Shown here in pieces: positions 1 through 34,100 of a stretch of DNA of 64,000 bases (positions are counted from its first letter, which is position 1; each line of letters starts with the position of its first letter). Location: the NCBI GenBank assembly GCA_051294375.1, contig CM119271.1:1420721-1484720 (forward strand), given 5' to 3'. The position numbers were made by a program, and so were the translations under genes. The notes beneath the pieces are model-generated. The model searched no databases. It was not told where the DNA came from and saw only the letters and a list, made by a program, of their open reading frames with translations. This stretch comes from Paraspadella gotoi (taxonomy: Eukaryota > Animalia > Chaetognatha).

Positions 1-1290
1 ATGTAAGTTGGTTAAAAATAGTGATAAATTAAAATAAAAAAATTAAAAAACTGGAATCTTCTTGATCTTGGCTTTCAGTAAATACCTAATATGTTATGAA
101 ATTGAAAGATGGAAGAGATAACCCTTTTTTCACCACGAGTCGTTTTTTAAGGGTTTTTAAAAGGTAGGTTAAAAAAATTTAAGAAATTGTTATTGTGAAC
201 TGTATTTTTGAGTACCCCAAGAACATAAAAATTAGAATAATATTTAGAATAATACTTAAAATAATACTTAAAAGTATTTTGTGCCAGAATTGGTTTAATA
301 AGACATTTACCAATATTGAAACAACTGGCTTGTTAATGCAGTAGCAATTGGGTCAGTTTATGGGTGCGCAGTTGCAAAAAACTGTCCTTTCCTTTGGAGT
401 CATTTATTCAGACTGGTATTATTAGGATTATGATAATGATTATGAAAATGAATTTTTCAAAATATTCCTAAAAGAGCGCGGGGACCAGGTATTTAGTTTA
501 CTTCATATGTAGCGATTAGACAGATCGATCAAAAACTCTCCTCCGCATGCTTTTCGGGTTTTTGCACGTTGAATCCATTGTTTTCCTTAACGGTTAACCC
601 GAATTAATAAAGTTATATCGATTTTACCCCCCAAAAAGTCGTTATTCGATAGGGAGATCGAAACTGTAGTTTTTTGAATGATGCATTTCATAACGGCATA
701 TTTCATTTTAATGAGTACCAAGTACTTAATTTATATATTAGTAATTTGTTTTACTTGCTCAATAGCAAGTATGTTTTTTAACTAGGAATTTAATAATGAC
801 TCTAGTAGGTACCAGTAACGATTGATTTAAAAAGATATTTAAACAAAATACGAAAATTTCAGAGAGTGAGGGGAAGATTTTGTTCTTTTTTATATGTAGG
901 TAATTTTTTTCAAAAATGAATTTTATAATTGATTTATTAAAAATTTTATGACTCATGCCTTCATAAAAATATTTTATAACGTCGTATTTTTACCCAATTG
1001 CCAAAGAAAGTTACCCACTTTTCGCGCTTTTTGTGGAAAAGAATTACACCTAATCATTTATTAGTAGATGTTTTTAGATAGTTTTTTTTACCACGGAATT
1101 TACTCGTTTTTTGTTTCCTGGTTAAACTCCGCCTAAATAGATTTTCAGACTTGAAATAGAATTTTTTCGTCGATCAATATAGGAGGGCCGAGTCTAGAGG
1201 CTATAATATTCTGCACGTATTTTTATTTCCCATTTTTTTCTCGACATTTTGGAATGCTACGCCCGAGTTTTTGGGGTAGCGAAGAATAAA

Positions 1291-1927
1291 AAAACAAGTT
1301 TGAGCAAACAATGTCGGATCTGCCTACGATAATTAGGTGGTAATCTGCTAATCAGATAATCACGATAATTCTTTTAATTTGTGATCTTAACTGATCATAA
1401 CAGATTGTACCATACCAAACCAGTAGCTGCGCCAATACTGAACTGTTACTATGGTACAAATAATTTATTTGACTAGTATTTTTTTTTTAACTTGAATCAT
1501 TTTTTCAACTCGCATCATTTTTTCATCTTGCAGCATTTTTTCATCTTGAATCATTTTTTTAACTTGTAACACTTGTTAACTTGCATCATTGTTTAAATTT
1601 GCATCATATTTTAAATTGGCTTCATTTTTTCAAATTGAATCATTTTTCACTCATTTAAACTCATTTCCACTCGCAGGATTCCATCGAAACTTTATATCCA
1701 GCTCAATCACACTTTTCTAACCACACACAAAATTTCATTCCAATCCAACCATACAATCACGACTAATTGGTGTTTTTTGCTAAGGGGGACGGACGGACAT
1801 CATTTTTTTGGTTTTTTTGCATAATTATCATAATTCGATGTTCTGAGATGATTTAAGGGGGGGACCGACGGACCGACAAAGTGGATTATAAAGTCGGGAT
1901 CTGCTGATAAGCAGATCCGACTAAAAA
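1291..1927 (+). mobile_element. Non-autonomous Helentron/DINE-1-like element, family A copy 1
   Basis: Homologous to 9105-9687: shared 5' AAGTTTGARCAAACAATGYCGGATCTGCCYACGAT, (GGAC)n microsatellite, terminal hairpin GGATCTGCT-gata-AGCAGATCC, and A-runs at both ends. Internal 18-19 bp minisatellite at about 1490-1650. Superfamily is inferred from structure only. Confidence 0.7.
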
Positions 1928-2150
1928 TGTATCCAACTGGAAAAAGAGACGAATGAAATCTAGTCGATAATGTTAATGGTTGAGTACAAACACATATTTT
2001 AATTAACATTATACTTGTTTTTGCGATTGTAAAAATTAATCAATTCAGATAACTTAAAAAATTATAATTTAAACTTTGGTTGCTGTCCAGTGTCCAAAGT
2101 AAAAAGGAAATAACGATTAATAGGTAAGTCAATTTATCTTTGTTTTAGGG

Positions 2151-3230
2151 TTTTTATCTCGCCAGATGGGCGAATGCCCGACTTGGGCGAGATGTTTGTT
2201 TCTGCTTCTTTTGATCGTAGACGTCGTTACTATAAAAAGTTAAAAATTTAGATATAGCTTCTAATCAGCAAGAACTTTCATATTTCATATTCCTACACTC
2301 ATTTGTTTGTATTATTTACAAAACAATTTTTATATATATAGACGAGTTCAGCTTTCCAGCGGCTGTCCATTTTTTTTTTCACTTTTAATTATATAAAGCT
2401 CTGTTTCTCTCTTTTTTTTCTATCGCAGCTTCTTCTGATTCGTCTAAAAACGAGTTCGCTCTGCAGCGGCTGCCCAGCGGCTGTCCAGCTTATCATTATC
2501 TTTTTCTCTCTTTCTCTCTCATATATGCATTTGTTTATTTTTATTTACAATGAATCACTCATCGCGTCAATGAATGGTTATCATCGTATCAATAAATGAC
2601 TATCATCATATCCATCATTTGGTTATCATCATATCAATATTTGGTTATCATCATATCAATATTTGGTTATCATCGCAGCAATATTTGGTTATCATCGCAT
2701 TAATATCTGGTTATCATCGTATCTGTAGTCGGGCATTGCCTAGGTTCACCCCGCCTATAAGCATGACTCTTTCAGTTGTGACCCGGTGGCTAATTGAGTA
2801 AAGCCATCAGCTCATGACCACTAGGTACTGGGTTAATCCCAACCCGGTACCTACCCTGCGGGAAGAGTGAGGATGGCCGTAAGCCACCTTGGGGGCCTGG
2901 CAAACCCTCAAGCCTGGTTCCAAGCCCAGGACCCTTTCCATGTCTGCTAGAGGGGGTTACAGAAGTTATGGATAATCATCTTCTGCCCACTTAGCGCCTT
3001 ATCCACATATCAATAATCTATTATTATTATATTAATCAATTACTATTATATAAATCAATCAATTACTATTACATTAATCAATTACTATTATATCAATCAA
3101 TCAATTACTATTACATCAATCAATTATTATTATATCAATAATTAATTATCGCATAAATCTTTTTTTTTCGGATTTTTTTATTATTTTTTTTTATAGTAAC
3201 GTCTGGCGAGATCACTATACTTATAAGTTT
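2151..3230 (+). mobile_element. Non-autonomous Helentron-like element, family B copy 1, interrupted by a solo LTR
   Basis: Subterminal inverted repeats ATCTCGCCAGA...TCTGGCGAGAT, T-rich ends, internal minisatellites (ATTTGGTTATCATCGCATCAAT)n and (ATCAATTACTATTAT)n. Colinear copy at 34071-35075. Confidence 0.7.
2724..3007. mobile_element. Solo LTR (Gypsy-like)
   Basis: GC-richer 284-bp block with TG...CA ends (TGTAG...CCACA) and a 4-bp direct repeat TATC (2720-2723, 3008-3011). Absent from the family B copy at 34 kb. Confidence 0.7.
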
Positions 3231-3920
3231 GTTTTTTTTCGTTTAATTAATGGCCTCAAATTTCGGGTAGAATACAGGCCAATACAGCAGAGTTAGCATT
3301 AAAAAATCCACAAAAAAAAAAAAAAACCGCTAAAAAAAAAAAAACCTACTTGTATACTAATATTAAACAACAAATTGTTGAAGCAAAAATTTAAATCATT
3401 TTTTTTATCATTTTTTGAAAGCTTAATATATATTTTAATGATAAAAATAACACTAAACCTATGTTTTCCATGTTTAATATCAGTATCACATTCGTGGTGG
3501 CTTCTGTATCATTTTCCTTATATTAATCAATCGTGAATCGCGAATTAAGTTAAGAGCTACATATTAAAAATGATTGATATTCTCTCGTTATTGTTTAACA
3601 TAGGGTTAGGGTTCTTTTAAAGCTATTTATCAGAAAAAATTAAACATCAATATAATTATATATTTTAATATTTAGCACAAATTAAACAATTTGTTCGAGA
3701 TTATAAAATTGGTAAAGCCATTATAAAAAGAATCCATTCGTATAATTAAGCATCTTGCCCCTGCTTCTGTACAGGCTATTTTGGCATAAGGCCTTCTCCC
3801 TCTAAAAAGACTATTTTAATTGTAAACTAAAAAACATAGTATAATCCTTTATTTCGTTGTTTATATAGAGATTTACAAAGAATTTAATAGGTTTATTAAC
3901 AACGATTTTTTATTTTTACT

Positions 3921-3965
3921 GCAGACATGTTTCGACTCTAAAACATTTCGAGTCTTCATCAGCGC
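3921..3965 (-). ncRNA. Minimal type-I hammerhead ribozyme motif (Penelope-like element type)
   Basis: Minus strand reads GCG-CUGAUGA-A-GACUC(11 nt)GAGUC-GAAAC-AUG-UC/UGC. Core intact, palindromic ACAUGU in stem III, 3-bp stem I. Confidence 0.8.
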
Positions 3966-4369
3966 TTAGAACAGTTTTGATTTTTACAAGGAAAATTTTA
4001 GTTAAAGAAAGGTGTGAGAGAGAGAGAGAGAAAGAGAGCAAGTTTAAAAGTTTTCAACAAAGAATTGAGAATAGACAGTGGTTACTGGTTAGTAGTGAGG
4101 ACAGATTTTAGATAAGGCCAGATTGAGTAAGTTGTAAACAGTTTCATTTGAGCAATGTACAACAAAGATAAATAGAAACTTGAAATATTATGACTAATAA
4201 TTAACAAATTGAAATAAATTAATTTGAAAATTGAATTTTTGAAATTTGAAAGATGTGGAAACTTAAAATTGGAAATTGAGATTAGAAAGTGAAGAGGTTA
4301 GGGATAGATAAGTCAAGATAATAGTGAAATGTAAGAGTTAAGACAGAGCTCAAAATGAGCTGCCCCCCC

Positions 4370-5630
4370 CCGGTTGCATGAAGGAAGGGGCATTGCTGAC
4401 GGTGCCTGGTCATTGGCGTGTCATCGGTTGTGAGGATCTTCCACCTCATGAAGTCATTTGGGACAGCCTTCCCTCTCCATCGTGCCTCTGGAGACGGAGG
4501 CGATATCCCTTCCTTCCTCGCAGAGGTCTCCCTGCCAACGCCCTCTCCGCTCGCTTGTCAGCTTTTCTATCTTATCGGCATTTCGACGGCGGCGTCCTTG
4601 GCAGCCCCGCTGATGCGTCGCCGGCCTTCTTTGATCCGACGAGTCTTCAACCGCGCCTTGAGGTCGAAGGATACCGACTGCCTGGACCCGCTTCTTTCTC
4701 CAGCCATGAAGGACCGTAGACCTCTCAACAGGCCAGCTTTTCACGCCGTTCGACGTCGCATGGGCAACCTACTGCAGGAGGTTTGCACGCCGGAGGTGAC
4801 GACGGACGCCTCCCCTCAGGGCCGGGGCCTCACTCAACAGCGCGTCCATCTTAGGGAGATGGTCAGCCTCATCGCCCTTACACCTGCCTTCTTCGGGACT
4901 GCAGCAGGTCGCGGGTTCTCCTCAAGGTCGTCAGAGAGACTCCTTGCCTCGTAGTTGAGGATTCGCTGCTCAGGGGCGCTTCTTCCTCAGAGGAGGTTCT
5001 CTTCATGGGTCCGGTGTTAGAATTGTCTCTATCAAGGTCCGGCGTTAAGGAGCCGCAACATGGCGATCTGGAATCTCCTTAAGGGTGTTCCATCAGTTGG
5101 TCGACGTCCTCAACCTCCTCCAGCATCGACCTCTTTGCGTCGCCCCTCTCGGCTTAAGTTCCACAGTTTTTCTCCTGAGAGGCGACGCCGGAGGCGGAGG
5201 GGATAGACGCCTTGGCGCAATTCTGGGTCTTCGGCCTGACCTACCCCTCCTCTTCTGACGCTGAAGATCCACTAGCAGGGAATGACGAAGGGCGTCTTCC
5301 CCCTGTTCACCCCGTTCTGGCTGGCTCAGATTGGTTTCTGAGCCTCCTTCTTCGGGCCCTGGACGAGACGCCTTCCGGCGTGTAAGGACCTCGTCACCGC
5401 CGCTTTCAAGCTCGCCTTCAGGTTTTTAGGGGGTGCCACACTTCTTCGACACTGCGCCACTTCTGGTCGCGCCGAGCGATTCCCTCCGACGCTCGCTCTT
5501 CTTCGCTGCGACGCGGGCCATCTCTCACGGATCGCTGCCCGTACTGGCCCTGCGCAATTGGCTCGCTCTCCGCTCGCGGCGTGGATCTCGGCGTCATCCT
5601 TTGCGCGGGAGATTGGTCTGGCGCGCAGAC
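4370..5630 (-). pseudogene. Decayed GC-rich coding-like segment, probably part of a mobile element upstream of the hammerhead
   Basis: GC-rich island with stops in every frame and no recognisable domain. On the minus strand it is followed by an AT-rich segment that is also found at 31770-31900, and then by the ribozyme. Confidence 0.35.
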
Positions 5631-6641
5631 CCTTTTTTTGTGATTACTGATGACTACGATGTATTTCTCGATGTATTAGCTTTAATACATCAAAGATTAC
5701 GCATTGTTAAGGAAATTGACCCTTCCTCTTAAAATGAAAGATATTATAAGTGAATAATATTTTTGGAAAAAGGAACTATTGGTATAAATTTGGTTAATCC
5801 ATGGCTAATCATTAGTATAATGTTGTTCGTTCCTCACTATTAGAATTTTAATTAGTTATTTTTTTTAATTTTTACTACCCTTTAGTGCACAGGTTTGCCG
5901 ATTGTAACTCTCGATGTCCAATCAGAACCCGCCTTCAAACGCATGTTCTCGATTGTAATTGAAATTGCTGATCTGGAGATGTTGATTGTTCTGTAGGAGA
6001 GACCGGGTAACACAGGCTTCAATCCTAGAACCTGTTGATTTTTATAGAAATGAGCAGAACAGGTTAAGCTTTTACGTAACCCTCTCTCATATAGTTTTTC
6101 AAGCTGTCGGCGATGATGTCAGAGAGGAGGAACCACCTAAAACCTCCAGAAAATGAGCTTGAGGAAGTCAGCTTAAGAAGGCAGCAGATCTGTGACAAGA
6201 TTGACCTTGAGAAAACGTTGAGAAGACTCGGAAAGTGGGCTCTGGTTAGATTTTCACTTCTTATGAGTAACAATATATAAAAAATTATATATAATTATAA
6301 CAAACAACCCCTAAACTACCTTAAGGGATTAAGGTTTGGGATTAAAAGTGGTTTAGGGGTGGTTTATTGTTATTCAAAAGAAGTGAAAATCTTAGTTGTC
6401 GAAATAAAATTTTAACCACAAAAACCAAATGGAGGGAAAGAGGGAATTGTTATGCCTATATCCATTTTCTTGGCAAGTGCATTCACCCATTCCGCCTTTC
6501 CTTCTAATTCTATTTAAAAAAACGAGGGTAAAATTATTGCAATTCTTAAATCAAGGAAGCTTGCAGGCCTTTTAGTTTGATTATGCAAATGGCCTCTTTT
6601 AAACCCCTTCTTAACTCTTATAGGGTTGGATAAATTGAAAC

Positions 6642-7323
6642 ATGCCCGAATACGACTTTAACGTGACCCGCTACCAAGACGGGTTAATGGGATTCTCGCC
6701 CTACTTCGGATTCGTGGGCGCCTCGGGATTATGTCTTTATCAATACTTTCGGACCAAGCGTTTTAGATGGAGCTACATCAGTAAGTTCTGTCATGTTGCT
6801 CCTCTCCACCACGCAGATGCGTTTTTTCTTTGAAATTTTTGAATTTTGCCTTCGGGCGTACATTACGCGAATTTTTTGAAATTTTTTATTTCACTCCACC
6901 AACTCGACTTTGTTTGTGTTGTTTACTCTTCTTGCCGCTCTTGTTACTGAGCATCTGCGTGGTGGAGAGGAGCCATGAAGAATCCCGGTTCCATTTGGAA
7001 CCATAAATTCCTTTTTGACCAACAAAGACTTTTATTAGAAATTTGGTGGGGGGCGCCGGTGACGGGAACAAGGACAAAATGAGTTGAAGATAAACGACGA
7101 ACGAGGGACCATCGTCAAAAGAAACCCCCTTTTTTTACTTCTTCCAGCGACGACCGTGATCAGTGGGACGGCGATATACATATGCTCCTTATCGATTACG
7201 AAGAGACAATTTGAACATCGCCTCCAGTATCTAGACTACATGAAGAGGCACCCCGAGGATTTTGTCCCAATGAAAACCCGCACGATCAACGAGACCTGGG
7301 ATCAGTGGATTATCCGCCGGTGA
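6642..7323 (+). CDS. NDUFC2: NADH:ubiquinone oxidoreductase subunit C2 (B14.5b)
   Basis: Exons 6642-6780 and 7148-7323 joined by a GT-AG intron, about 104 aa, two hydrophobic stretches. C-terminus YMKRHPEDFVPMKTRTINETWDQWIIRR resembles the NDUFC2 YMKLHPEDF...PIR signature. Confidence 0.8.
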
Positions 7324-8027
7324 AATCCTCGAGAAAAAAAGAAGAAAAAAAAGTTATTTTTTTAGCGGATTGAAGGGGGGGAATGGAGACAGTCCGTTTG
7401 TATTTATTTTATTGTCGAATAATTGTTTAATGAGGAATGAGGAATAGGACCTAGATAAAGTGTCAATACACAAAAGGAGTTTAACCAAATACCCATGCTT
7501 GAACTCGTAAAATTGTCGAAGTAATAACGAACAATGATTGATCTTTGTTTTTCGTCTGCGAACTCTTGATGCCGTCATAATTTTTTCGCTAGTTACATAC
7601 TAATTAGCATCTCCTTTTCCCCCGCCCCATGTTTGAAAAGCACGACGCACGTAATCAGCTCACGCGCCGCTAGATCCGATCCTCGTTTATTTTAAGTATA
7701 AAATTGTATATCGAGCGGATTTTATTTTTCGTTGTTCAGCTTTTTTTTTCCCTCCCTCGAAGACTAAAAAAAACCCCGTCCAATGCCCGAGTGCCTTTAT
7801 AAATTCTGGACGCTCGCCGATTCTAATCGCGAGGACATTTGAAAGTAAAAATATTTTCCGACGCGGCGCGAATTTCCGACGTCGAGATATGCTCCTTATC
7901 GCGAGAGCATTTTGGGCCCGAGGAGGATTGAACACTCGACTCTGACGAATCCTTCCATTCCCCGACCATCGCGATTTGAGAGTCCGTCAATCTGTCTCTC
8001 TCTCTCTCCCTTTGAGAAAAGAGAAAA

Positions 8028-29554
<21,527 letters not shown>

Positions 29555-29838
29555 CATTTAAACGCTCAAAAGAATATAAATTTCATATATGATGTAAACT
29601 TGTAATAAAAACTAGTCAATCCAAGGATGAAGCATGTCTTAATTCTAAAAGAAAAAAAAAGGGATTAAAAGATTTTTAATTCGGTTTTCAATCTGTACTA
29701 TATGAGAAAGCCTTTATTTCTATCACTTTCTACACCAAGCTTTTTTCGTTTACCTTTGTAAAATCCGATATCGTTCGTTTCCCGCAGTTTTCTGGAGTCA
29801 ATCCATACATCCATTTTACGTGCAAGATATTTCAGGAA

Positions 29839-30054
29839 TGTAGTAGAATAATTTGTGGTTCATTTCAAATGAGATTGAGTTCTTCAATCTCATTTACATA
29901 TTGTAGTAGTTTAGACTATTGCTAAAACCGTAAAATAAGTCCACTATGAAAACTGTATAAAAAAGTATGAGAAATTGTCTAAATTACTACAATATGTAAA
30001 TGATATTGAAGAACTCAATCTCATTTGAAATGAACTACAAATTATTCTGCTACA
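29839..30054. mobile_element. Fold-back MITE with TGT...ACA ends and 4-bp TSD (Ginger-like)
   Basis: Near-perfect inverted arms of about 78 bp. GGAA directly repeated at 29835-29838 and 30055-30058. Confidence 0.75.
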
Positions 30055-31130
30055 GGAACACGTTTCCAGATATTTTTACGAGTCAATAGAAGAAATATGC
30101 AAAATGTACATGAAATCATAAATTTCTCAAAAAGCCGGCTGCCGAGTTTTTTTGATGGTTATTCTTTGGGAAACTTGGGTGTTTAATATGAAGTTAAAAT
30201 AGCATTTCAAAAACTTCAAGAAAACTAAATATCAGTTTCGTCGCTTAATAGTTAATTAGGCTAACTAATCGCTATAACTTTAGAAAGTGATTCAGTCGTT
30301 ATTTACTGCTTTAATGCTAAATTTTAAAACGAAATCCAGATAAGGGCACTAATTATTGATTATAAAGTTTTTCATTTTTTTGTTTTAGCATCATATTAAT
30401 TTGGGTAAAAAATATTTTCGATTAGGATGGTATCTGTTTTTAAATCATTCGTTTCTTACTCATCTACCTAAGTTTAGGAGTTGAAAAAAAAATTCTACAG
30501 ATATTATACAGATTTTCACAAGGTTTTCACCACTTGGACAGTAGCCGGAGAAATTATGTTTCACAAATCTCCACTCGGATCTTCGTCATTTTCTTCTTTT
30601 TTGCTTTAAATGATTTTTTTTTCTTCCAAATTTCGATACACTTTAATTACACTCGACATTCCATCCTTTGGACGCAATTATAAAGTGCACTTAATTAGCT
30701 AGCGGCAGCGTATTTATCATATCCATTCTTGCCGGGGTTTTTTCTCATACAGAAATTTTTTAGCGCGTGCCTTTTAATTAGTGATTATTTTACGACTATA
30801 ATTTTTATATTTATTGTCCACGAATTGTTGGAATTTGGATATATTAGAAATGTCCCTTATCTCTCTTGTTGCCATGCTTTGTTCGATCTGCAATCACAGC
30901 CGTTTCATCCTCGAATTTTACTTTTTAACTATACTTTACATAGTTTTTGTGAAATCTTATCAGAATTTGATATATATATCATCGCCTACGATATTTCTTC
31001 TCTCGCCGCCGTTCAAAATTTCCCCCCCCCTCTCTATCACTTTATTAGCTTCACATTATTCTTACTTTTAAAGTTGTGATACTTAGATGCTTTTCCAAAG
31101 CCCTCGAACAAAAAATAAAAACTAAGCAAA

Positions 31131-34100
31131 ATGACGCTTCAATTCGTGCCGTTCGGCAGCAGCCTGGAGCCGGCCTTCTGGCACAACCTCACCCAATACA
31201 AATTGAACGAGTGGAAATTGGGGACCGAGGCCGTACCCGTTTTCGGATTTTATTCCACGACTTCAAGGTAAAATCCATGGAGATATTATTAATAATTTTA
31301 TCGTAAAACTACATGTAGTAGTAGGAGAGTTATGTTTGTTATGATTATATCGTATTTTGTTTCGGTAGCCAAGGTTCTCTCCGATCACAAGTTGATTTTA
31401 TTAATGCTCAAATTACCTTTTGAAAAATTCATCGTTGAAATAGTGTCAATTCTATTTAAAGAATCGAGGGCGTGCCGCCGCCACTCCGTCTTGACTTTTC
31501 CGCCTTCCTTCCCGACGCCACTCCGCCTCCCGACCACTTTGCCGCCCACGGCCTTTTAAAAAACTTCAACACCATAGAAGAGTTCAAGAACTTTGATAAG
31601 GTTCGACACATTTTTAAGCGGAAATTAAAATCTTTGAATAACTATAGTATTGGATGAAATTTTTCGAAAAATTTACTATTCGGAAAAGTTTGATTTTGGA
31701 CGATTTTTTATTTTAAAAACAGTGGACGTGTTTGGACTTGTATTTCAAGTCTTCTTCAGCACTGTGAAGCACAAGGAGAGAGAGAGAGAGAGAGATTTGA
31801 AAAAATGACAAAGTTGAGAGGTGAGGACAGGATCAGTTTTAGGCCAGATGGAGGGATAGATATTAAAAAGAAATTTGGTGAGAGAGAGAAAACAGTGAAT
31901 CTGGGTTGGCCATAGCCGATGAAATTTAAATGCTAATGTATACACTAAATACTATTCGGCAATAAAATAATCTATCATGAGCATCAATTATGGTATTAAA
32001 ATATTCAATCAATTAATTAATCTAAAGATCAATCAACTGTAGTGTTTTCACTGTTAGGTGACCTGGACCCGCGAACGCGCCGAAGAGACTCTCTGGAAAC
32101 CGATGGGCGACGGTCGAGTCTTCGCCGACCCATCTCTCCTAAACCAGTTCGTGGTAGTGGCCTACGCCGACCTCAAGCGATACAATTACTTTTACTGGTT
32201 CGGTTTCCTCGCCTTCTCCAGTCCGCAAGACACCGTCGTCCTCGACGAGCCCTTGTGCCTCGGCAACTCCTGGTCGTCCGGTCGGCTCCGTAAATTGGCC
32301 GTGGCCTACGACGCCTTCGCCGCCTCCGCCGAGAAGGCGCCCTTCTTCGTGATGCGAAGCGAAGCCGTCGGCGACGAAGAGATTATCGAAGTCAAGCGCT
32401 TATCGGCCGATTTCTTAGAAATGATCGAGGCTCACCCCTCGTCGAACTTCACCCTCGGTTTTTGCGACCCTTCCAACCTGGCCCGGTTTCCCGGTTGGCC
32501 TCTTAGAAACCTGTTGACTCTGTACGCCCTCCACTTTGCCAAGTCGAGGCCCTCGGTGGAGATCCTGTGTCTACGCGACTTTTATGCTGATGGGAAGCGG
32601 GACGTGAGCCGGTCGCTGCACCTCTCGTTGAAGGTTTCCCCGTTGACGAACGAAGGAGGTAAGAATACTAACTACCAAGGGTAAGGCTTGTTTCGAAGTC
32701 CTTACCTTTTTAAAATTCTCCCCCCCATTTTCCTCTCTACAAGCTCCTCCCCCGATGCCTTCCGTCGTTGGATGGGAGAAGAACGAGCGCGGGAAATCGG
32801 GTCCGCGATCCATCGATCTCTCCGCCACCATGGATCCGCAACGAGTCGCCGAAGCCGCCGTCGATCTTAACCTCAAGTTGATGAGATGGCGCCTCGTGCC
32901 GGAGTTGGACCTGAATACGCTCTCCGAAACGCGGGTCCTCATTTTGGGTTCCGGCACGTTGGGCTGCAACGTCGCACGGGGACTGTTGGGTGAGTACGCT
33001 AAATTGGGGAAAGGAATTAATTAAATTACATTAATTAATAAATTAAATTAATAATATTTGTTTCCAGGTTGGGGAATCCGTAACATCACCTTCGTGGATC
33101 ACGGGAAAGTCTCTTTTTCGAATCCCGTCCGACAAAGTCTATTCACGTTCGAAGATTGTCTCGACGGCGGGACGTGGAAGTCGCAAGCCGCCGCTCAGGG
33201 TTTGAGGAGGATCTTTCCCAGTGAGTCGTCGACGGGTTCGTTCTCCGCACTCTCTCTTATTCTATTCAACTATCCTAACATCCATGCAGGCATCCAAGCC
33301 AGCGCCGTCTTGCTGACGATCCCCATGCCTGGCCATTTCGTTTCCGAAGCCACGAAGGATCAAATGATGGCGAACGTCGCCAAACTGGACGACCTCATTC
33401 ACGAACACGATGTCGTCTTCCTGCTCACGGACACGCGAGAGAGTCGATGGCTGCCGACCCTCATGGCCAACGCTCAAGGTGAGAACAATGATCAGTAGTC
33501 GCAATAATTAACTTAATAAATAGAAAAAAGTAAAAACCCAACACTTTTGTTATAGATTTTTACTCAATACTCAATCATGATACTATTTACTAGCTGGAGG
33601 TAGAAAAGGGTAATGAACGAATAAATAATGATCAATGCCGAAAAATGCTAAAAAATCAATGTTCCATAACAAATCAAATCTTTATTTAAATGACATTCAC
33701 ATTGCGATCAATGAATAAATCCACAAGAATACTGACAGAACGGACCGTGGGCGGGTGGTTCAATTTGGTAGAATGCCTGATGTTTGATTCTGATTACGTT
33801 GAGCAGCTGATAGTTAACATCTTTTATTACCTTACCCTCAGGAAAACTGGTGATTAACGCGGCCCTGGGTTACGACTCTTTTGTGGTGATGCGTCACGGC
33901 ATCAAGATGCTCAACCCGACGCCGGAAGTGGCCGGGGCTGAGGGTGACGCCGACCAGAGTCAGGTCTTCATGAAGAAAATCCCCGGCGAGAAGTTGGGCT
34001 GCTATTTTTGCAACGACGTCGTCGCTCCCGGAGGTTTGGTTTTCGATTTTGTTTTGGTTTTTTTTTCCGATTTTTTATCTCGCCAGACGGGCAGTCTTGG

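Noticed and set aside
280-400. Cys-rich minus-strand fragment (FCNCAPIN*PNCYC)
   Set aside because: Short and interrupted by stops; too weak to call.
2570-2720. Regular ~21-bp repeats (also 34660-34840 and 1490-1650) resembling a CRISPR array
   Set aside because: Head-to-tail minisatellites without unique spacers, inside eukaryotic transposons; no cas genes.
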